The notes beneath the pieces were generated by a model that made no database searches, was not told the origin of the DNA, and saw nothing but the letters and a program-made list of their open reading frames with translations. A program made the position numbers and the translations under genes. A stretch of 64,000 nucleotides of DNA. Source: an uncultured delta proteobacterium (lineage in GTDB: Bacteria > Desulfobacterota > Binatia > DP-6). Location of the stretch: assembly GCA_963815115.1 (NCBI GenBank), contig CAWFFN010000005.1:1664001-1728000 (forward strand), given 5' to 3'. This document shows, in pieces, positions 59,612-64,000 of the stretch; within the stretch, counting starts at the first letter, position 1; each line of letters starts with the position of its first letter.

Positions 59612-61252
59612 TCACGGGGGCGGGACGACGACGTTCGCCTCGCGGTAGAAGACGAGCACGAGCGCCACCAGCAGCATGGCCACGTAGGATGCCGTGCCCG
59701 CGGATCGACCGGCGGGCGCGAGGCGGAGCTCGAGAAGACGCCCGCACGCGATCAGCACCGCGAGCAGCCCCATCGCCGTGTGCGTCACCTGCACGAGGTA
59801 GCTGCTCTTGGCTTCGAAAGCGACGTGCGAGTGCACGAGGAGCAGCAGGCCGCCGACCGCGGCGAGCATGGGGAACACATAGGGAAGGCGAGCGCCCGGG
59901 CGTGCGGAGAGCCGGGCGCGCCACTCGAGCAGGCCGAGGGAGATCGCGAGGAGCCCGGCCAGCCGGTGCTGGAACGCCTCCGCGCTCGCGAGCGTCGTCG
60001 CCCAGAACGCGTTCGGGCCGAAGGGACGCACGCCGTCGACGGCCATCGAGCGCAGGAACACGAACCCCCCGAGGAGCGCGAGCCCGAACGGCCAGTGGCG
60101 CGTCCAGCGCCACCCCGATCGCCCGCCGGCGAGCGCGAGAACGGCCATCGCGAGCAGCGCGAGGCCGGCGACGTTGTGGCTGAAGTTCGACCACGAGTAG
60201 GCGGCCGCCGTGCGCTCGCCGCCGGCCACGGCGTAAGGATCGGACGCGTCGCCCATCATGGTATGGACCGAGGGCGTCCGGAGCGCCGGCCACTTCGGGC
60301 GGAAGACCTCGACGACCTCAGCCGCGCTGGCGCGCTCGCTGCCGACGTCGCGCGCCGGTGGCTGCGACGACAGGCTGGCGGCGGTGAAGAGGAGGACCAT
60401 GGCGAGGATGGTCTCGGCTTCCAGCAGGATCGGGACCCGGCGGCGGACCGTCGCCGTTCCGCCGTCACGGCGGAAGCCCCGGACCGCGCCGAGGTTGCCG
60501 GCGGCCAGCACGAGGGCCGCGGCGAGCAGGACGACCTTGGTGAGCACCAGCGCGCCGTAGCCCGTCCCGACGAGGCCCGCGATGGAGCCGACGTAGGTGC
60601 TGGCGAGCGGGATCGCCAGCAGGCAGAGCGCGGCGACGCTCGCGAGGGCGAGGCGCGAGAAGCGCGCCACCACGCGGGGCCAGAGCGCGTTCACCGCTGC
60701 GTCACGTCGCGCGAGCCGCCAGGTGGCGCCGAGATGCACCAGGCCGCCGGCCCACAGCGCCGCCGCCACCTGGTGGAGCACGGTGAGCGTCATGAGCAGC
60801 GCGCGATGCTCGATGCGTCCGGCGGCGTGTACCAGCCACGCGCCGCTCCCCGCCACCAGCGTCGCCAGCAGGCCGACGAGCGCCTGGGGCCCCCGGGCAT
60901 CGGGACGGCGGCGGAGCGCCGCCGCGGCGACGGCCAGGGTGGCGGAGAGCACCGCGCGCGCCACGCCGGCCCGGGCGGGGAGGGTGTCGGAGAAGCGCGC
61001 CAGGGCGTCGGGACCGACCCACCCCGCGAGCAGGTGGACCTTCAGGCCGAGGGCGGCGAGCTGGCAGAAGGCCAGCGCCGCGGCGCTCAGAGCGACGAGT
61101 CCGGCGCACCGTGCGCGGACGGCGCGCCCCGGGGCACCGGTGTCGCCGGGTACGACGAGCCAGGCGAAGGCCACCCCGCCGAGAGCCACCGAGAGCGCAA
61201 CCAGGAGCGCCCCGCCGAGGATGCCGTCGGCGAAGTCCGCGAAACCCTGCAC
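59612..61252 (-). CDS. CopD family copper resistance membrane protein (long form)
   Basis: HAAG, LHQVAAALWAGGL, YGALVLTK, WSNFSHN; adjacent to copC. Confidence 0.8.
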   Translation of the reverse strand: MQGFADFADGILGGALLVALSVALGGVAFAWLVVPGDTGAPGRAVRARCAGLVALSAAALAFCQLAALGLKVHLLAGWVGPDALARFSDTLPARAGVARAVLSATLAVAAAALRRRPDARGPQALVGLLATLVAGSGAWLVHAAGRIEHRALLMTLTVLHQVAAALWAGGLVHLGATWRLARRDAAVNALWPRVVARFSRLALASVAALCLLAIPLASTYVGSIAGLVGTGYGALVLTKVVLLAAALVLAAGNLGAVRGFRRDGGTATVRRRVPILLEAETILAMVLLFTAASLSSQPPARDVGSERASAAEVVEVFRPKWPALRTPSVHTMMGDASDPYAVAGGERTAAAYSWSNFSHNVAGLALLAMAVLALAGGRSGWRWTRHWPFGLALLGGFVFLRSMAVDGVRPFGPNAFWATTLASAEAFQHRLAGLLAISLGLLEWRARLSARPGARLPYVFPMLAAVGGLLLLVHSHVAFEAKSSYLVQVTHTAMGLLAVLIACGRLLELRLAPAGRSAGTASYVAMLLVALVLVFYREANVVVPPP

Positions 61253-61255
61253 GCC

Positions 61256-61645
61256 TCACTCCCGGGGCATCACGCGGAAGCGCAGCACGCTCTCGGTGAC
61301 GTGCCCGTCGGCGGCCAGCACCTTGTAGTGCAGCGCGTAAAAGCCAGGAACGAGCGGCGGGAGGTCGAGCGCGAGCTGGCTGGGCTGCTTTCCCCCGGTG
61401 ACGGGCAGGGGCCTCTCCGGGCCGGTCTCGCCGCGCAGCGTGACCTGGCTCAGCGACGCCTCCACGCCCGTGTTGAAGGTGAGGGTGACGGAAGCAGCGG
61501 TGTCTGCCTTGGGTGGGGCGTCACGCAACGGGTTCCTGGTGAGAACGGCATGGGCCGACACACGCGTCGCGCTCGCCACGAGCACGAGGCAGAGGCAGCA
61601 GAGAAGCGCCCGCAAGCGAAAAACACGTATGCTGGCGTCCGGCAC
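61256..61645 (-). CDS. copC: CopC copper-binding protein
   Basis: Signal ending SA|HAVL; YKVLAADGH. Confidence 0.85.
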   Translation of the reverse strand: MPDASIRVFRLRALLCCLCLVLVASATRVSAHAVLTRNPLRDAPPKADTAASVTLTFNTGVEASLSQVTLRGETGPERPLPVTGGKQPSQLALDLPPLVPGFYALHYKVLAADGHVTESVLRFRVMPRE

Positions 61646-61759
61646 AGGTCAAGCGGCGCGCACTATCTCTCTGGACTTTCGGGGGATGATCCGCTAGCGA
61701 GATTGACTGACGGCACGCCGCGCCTGCCGACGATCGGCTCGACGCACCGACGGAACCCG

Positions 61760-62443
61760 ATGGCGACGAAGCCCTGGGACAGCCGCCTGGCTCACGCGCT
61801 GATACTGCCCCTGCAGCACACGCGGGTGCACCCGAATCACATCACCACGCTCGCCCTTCTCGTCGGGCTCGGCGCGGCGGGCCTCTACGCCACGGCGACG
61901 CCCGTCGGCGCCGATCTCGGGGCGGTGTGCTGGATCGTCGCCTGCGTCCTGGATCATGCCGACGGCGAGCTGGCGCGGCTGACGGGCAAGGTGTCCGTGT
62001 TCGGCCACCGCTACGATCGCGTCTCCGACCTGGTCGTCAAGCTGGCGTTGTTCGCCGGCATGGGAGCCAGCTTGCGCCACGGCCCCTTGCGCGGCTGGGG
62101 CCTGCCGCTCGGAGTCCTGGGCGGCGCCTCGCTGGTGGCGATCTTCGTGTCGCGCAGCGCGCTGGCGCTCCGCCGCGGGCCGCAGGCATTCGAGCAGCCG
62201 CACGCCGGGGGCTTCGAGATCGAGGACATTCTCTACGTGACCGCGCCGCTCACGTGGCTCGGGTGGCTCGGGCCATTCCTGGTCGCGGTGGCGATGGGCA
62301 CCCCGTTGTTCGCGTCCTGGCTCATCTGGCGCAACTGGAGGCTCGCTGGACTTGATTACCCCGTGTCGGCACGCATAAGAGCGATGCCGGTCGGGGGAGA
62401 TACGGGCGGGTCGGTCCGAAACCGCCCCGGCCGTCCAGGGTAA
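61760..62443 (+). CDS. CDP-alcohol phosphatidyltransferase family protein
   Basis: HPNHIT, DHADGELARLTGKVSVFGHRYDRVSD. Confidence 0.88.
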   Translation: MATKPWDSRLAHALILPLQHTRVHPNHITTLALLVGLGAAGLYATATPVGADLGAVCWIVACVLDHADGELARLTGKVSVFGHRYDRVSDLVVKLALFAGMGASLRHGPLRGWGLPLGVLGGASLVAIFVSRSALALRRGPQAFEQPHAGGFEIEDILYVTAPLTWLGWLGPFLVAVAMGTPLFASWLIWRNWRLAGLDYPVSARIRAMPVGGDTGGSVRNRPGRPG

Positions 62444-62450
62444 GGAGCGG

Positions 62451-63485
62451 GTGAGGAGCAAGAAAGCACAGGAGAATGCGTCCGGCGGTGACGGGCTGCC
62501 GGTCCCACGGGTCGCGTACCCCGGGCTCATCGTCGGGCTCGCGCTCTTCACCGCTCTGCTGGTGGCGCACGGCGCGAGCGACGTCGCGGCGGCGCTCCGG
62601 ACGGCCGGCTTCGGCCTGGTCGCGGTGGCGGCCTACCACCTGCTGCCGATGCTCGTCGATTCGCTGGGCTGGCGCCGTCTGCTGCCCGCGGAGCTGCGGC
62701 CGCCCGTGCGGACCGTGCTCTGGGCGCGCTGGATCGGCGAGTCGGTGAACGGCCTGCTGCCGGTGCTCCAGGTCGGCGGCAACATCGTCAAGGCCGGGCT
62801 TCTCGCTCGCGCCGGCGTCGGCGGTCCGGTGGCGGGAGCCAGCGTCGTGGTCGACGTCACCCTGGTGATGCTCACCCAGGTGATCTTCACGCTGCTCGGG
62901 CTGGCGCTGCTCCTGCTCCATCTCGGCGGCCATCCCCTCGCGCTGCCCGTCGCCGTCGGTGTCGTCGTCATGGGGAGCATCGTGGCGGCGTTCTATGCCG
63001 CCCAGCGCCAGGGCGTCTTCGGCGCGCTCGCGCAGATACTCGCGAAGCTCGGGCGTGGCCGCTGGGTGTCCCTGGTCGCCGGCGGGGATGCCATCGACGC
63101 GTCGGTTGCGCTGCTCTATCGCCAGCATCGGACCATCGCGAGCGCCAGCGCATTGCATCTGATGAGCTGGATCGTGGGGGTCGGCGAGGTGTGGCTGGCA
63201 CTCTACTTCCTGGGGCACCCGGTGAGCCTGCCGTCCGCCGTCATGCTGGAGAGCCTGGGACAGGCCGTCCGCGCCGGGGCGTTCGCCGTGCCCGGTGCGC
63301 TCGGGGTGCAGGAGGGAGGATACGTGATGCTCGGCCGCGTGCTGGGGCTCGGCCCGGAGACCGCGCTCGCGCTGTCGCTCGCCAAGCGCGTGCGCGAGAT
63401 CCTCCTCGGCGTGCCCGGCCTGATTGCCTGGCAGCTCGACGTCGCCGCCAGGGAAGACGGGCGCCGGCAGGCGAGAAGCGCATGA
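62451..63485 (+). CDS. HpnL-like / LPG_synthase_TM (flippase-like) membrane protein
   Basis: WIGESVNGLLPVLQVGG, ESLGQA, VPGALGVQEGG, SLAKRVRE. Confidence 0.82.
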   Translation: MRSKKAQENASGGDGLPVPRVAYPGLIVGLALFTALLVAHGASDVAAALRTAGFGLVAVAAYHLLPMLVDSLGWRRLLPAELRPPVRTVLWARWIGESVNGLLPVLQVGGNIVKAGLLARAGVGGPVAGASVVVDVTLVMLTQVIFTLLGLALLLLHLGGHPLALPVAVGVVVMGSIVAAFYAAQRQGVFGALAQILAKLGRGRWVSLVAGGDAIDASVALLYRQHRTIASASALHLMSWIVGVGEVWLALYFLGHPVSLPSAVMLESLGQAVRAGAFAVPGALGVQEGGYVMLGRVLGLGPETALALSLAKRVREILLGVPGLIAWQLDVAAREDGRRQARSA

Positions 63486-64000
63486 GCGCGCCCGGCAGCG
63501 CGCTGGCGCGCGCCCTCAAGAGCGGCGGCCGGGTCATCCAGCGTGCGGGCCTCCCGCTCGTGCGCCTCGACGAGGAGCTCTTCCTCGATGAGGCACGCCA
63601 GCGGACCGGCCTCGACGACTTCGGCGATCCCAGATTCCACGAGCCATTGCGGCGCTTGATCGCGGACTACGACACCGAGGCGGAGCTCAGCCTCCTCGGA
63701 CGCATCGCCGCGCGTCAGGACACGATCCGGTTGCTGACCAACCGCCTTCGCATGGAGTGGGATCGCCGCCGGTACCCGGAGATCCGCGCGCAGCCGGTGC
63801 GTGGGCCGCTCTTCATCACGGGGCTGCCGCGCACCGGAACCACGTTGCTGCACGGGTTGCTGGCGCAGGATCCGGGGCACCGCGCGCCGCTCAACTGGGA
63901 GATGATGTTCCCCTCGCCGCCGCCCGATCGGTTGCACCACCACCACGACCCGCGCATCGCCGCGTCCGAGCGCCAGCTCCGCTGGTTCTACCGCCTCAAT
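63482..64000 (+). CDS. Sulfotransferase family protein (3' end beyond window)
   Basis: Read manually from ATG 63482, overlapping the upstream stop: TGLDDFG, PLFITGLPRTGTTLLH.LLAQDP..R (PAPS-binding motif). Confidence 0.85.
   Translation, partial: MSAPGSALARALKSGGRVIQRAGLPLVRLDEELFLDEARQRTGLDDFGDPRFHEPLRRLIADYDTEAELSLLGRIAARQDTIRLLTNRLRMEWDRRRYPEIRAQPVRGPLFITGLPRTGTTLLHGLLAQDPGHRAPLNWEMMFPSPPPDRLHHHHDPRIAASERQLRWFYRLN

Overview
Very GC-rich, chromosomal-looking window from a diderm bacterium (FadL porin, ArnT, lipoproteins, sigma-54 system). The style of its Cys-rich secreted proteins suggests Binatia/deltaproteobacteria; this is inference only. About 55 genes; no rRNA, tRNA or CRISPR seen. 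The main finding is the locus at 280-6528: a PglK-like ABC flippase, a eukaryote-type ALG1 (GT33) beta-1,4-mannosyltransferase carrying two +1 frameshifts, a MurG paralog outside any dcw cluster, a WecA/MraY-family HexNAc-1-P transferase and an FkbM methyltransferase. Together these mirror the ALG7 -> ALG13/14 -> ALG1 start of the eukaryotic N-glycan precursor pathway. Also present: a 2,900-aa DUF11 surface protein with a duplicated 7-domain super-repeat; a complete but reordered dltD-C-X-A-B operon behind a near-consensus sigma-54 promoter; three coupled Tyr/Pro/Gly-rich secreted proteins; an NtrC two-component pair near a sigma-54 promoter facing an RHH gene and a divergent sigma-70; an ISL3 element (26-bp IRs, 8-bp TSD) inserted in the htrA terminator; copper (CopCD), stress and NAD-salvage genes; and the start of a CDP-alcohol transferase / HpnL-like / sulfotransferase operon. 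All calls are from motif recognition; no database searches were run.
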